A stretch of 36,149 nucleotides of DNA from Octopus sinensis. Its lineage: Eukaryota. Location of the stretch: the NCBI RefSeq assembly GCF_006345805.1, contig NW_021826226.1:1-36149 (forward strand), read 5' to 3'. A model generated the notes under the pieces. It was not told the origin of the DNA. It saw nothing but the letters and a program-made list of their open reading frames with translations, and did not search any database. Each line of letters begins with the position of its first letter. Position 1 is the stretch's first letter. A program made the position numbers and the translations under genes. This document shows, piece after piece, positions 35,173 through 36,149 of the stretch.

Positions 35173-35210
<38 letters not shown>

Positions 35211-35265
35211 TGATGATGATGATGAGGATGATGATGGTGGTGGTGGTGGTGGTGGTGGTGATGAT
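34790..35265. repeat. Compound trinucleotide microsatellites (AAT, AAG, TAG, TAC, GAT, GGT)
   Basis: Direct reading. Confidence 0.92.
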
Positions 35266-35485
35266 AACAATAAAGATTATGCTAATCCAGCTATAGTAAT
35301 ATTATTAGAAACATTGATATTATTGTTATGATTAATGTATGAGTTTATTATGAGAATAATTAGCACGCTGATTAGTTGATAAACATTAGCAAAGGTTATA
35401 ATTATATCTCAGCTACAGGCGTAAGCAAGACGGACTGGTGGCGAACATGAGGAGGATTGTGATGGGCACGACGATGATGATGATG

Positions 35486-35545
<60 letters not shown>

Positions 35546-35719
35546 TAATAATAATAATAATAATAACAGCGCCACAACAGCAATAAGAATAATGATAACG
35601 GGTATGTTATTAAAGCTATGATGGAAGTGTAGATAAGAAAATGGTGATGTCTATTATTATTAACGCTGCTGTTGTTGTTGTTGCCGTTCTTCTTGTTATT
35701 GGTATTGCGATATTTATTA

Positions 35720-35772
<53 letters not shown>

Positions 35773-35788
35773 TATCATTATTATTATT

Positions 35789-35820
<32 letters not shown>

Positions 35821-36097
35821 TTTATTATTATTATATGTTGTTGTTGTTGTTGTATTGTGGCTAGTTTAATAGCCTATGGTGATTTGGTAAATATTTACGT
35901 AAATTACGCCTAATTGAATGCGTAAGTACGTATATGTATATATGTGTGTAATATATATATATATATATATCGATATATCTATATATATATATATATATAT
36001 ATACATATATTTATATGTATATACGTATATCTATACATATATAATGCTTGTAAATGTATTCATGAGAGTACAAGTATACACAAATTTTATAGAGAGG

Positions 36098-36149
36098 TGA
36101 TGCTCCAACATGGCCGCAGTCTAATGAGTGAAACAAGTAAAAATGAGTA
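36098..36149 (+). mobile_element. SINE family 1 3' tail
   Basis: tgctccaacatggccgcagtctaatgagtgaaacaagtaaaa. Confidence 0.7.

Noticed and set aside
44-36100. Most ORFs in the six-frame track (poly-YI, HT, CV, LSIY, poly-N/L/I/Y)
   Set aside because: They are translations of di-, tri- and tetranucleotide microsatellites that lack stop codons; there is no coding evidence.

Overview
Eukaryotic, AT-rich, microsatellite-saturated DNA, most likely from an octopus or related coleoid cephalopod (inferred from repeat content, not proven). The only host gene I can support is two consecutive minus-strand coding exons (9182-9428 and 6425-6657) of a group I-like metabotropic glutamate receptor. They have canonical GT-AG sites and compatible phases. 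The rest is probably intron, filled with transposon relics: four mariner pieces, three R4/Dong-type RLE-LINE fragments, CR1 and RTE 3' ends, two Helitron pieces and about eleven tRNA-derived SINE copies from three families. Nearly all ORFs in the supplied track are microsatellite artefacts. The main unannotated signal is a set of eight minimal type I hammerhead-ribozyme motifs in four sequence families. Each has a CUGANGA...GAAA core (intact or damaged) and a palindromic stem III, as in Penelope-like elements. Several sit in inverted-repeat modules in which the ribozyme is preceded by its own antisense copy. Also notable: a diverged 38-bp tandem array with a palindromic core, a Dong-like LINE inserted in a (TAA)n tract, and a SINE fused to a CR1 3' end. 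All comparisons were made by eye; no database searches or folding programs were run.
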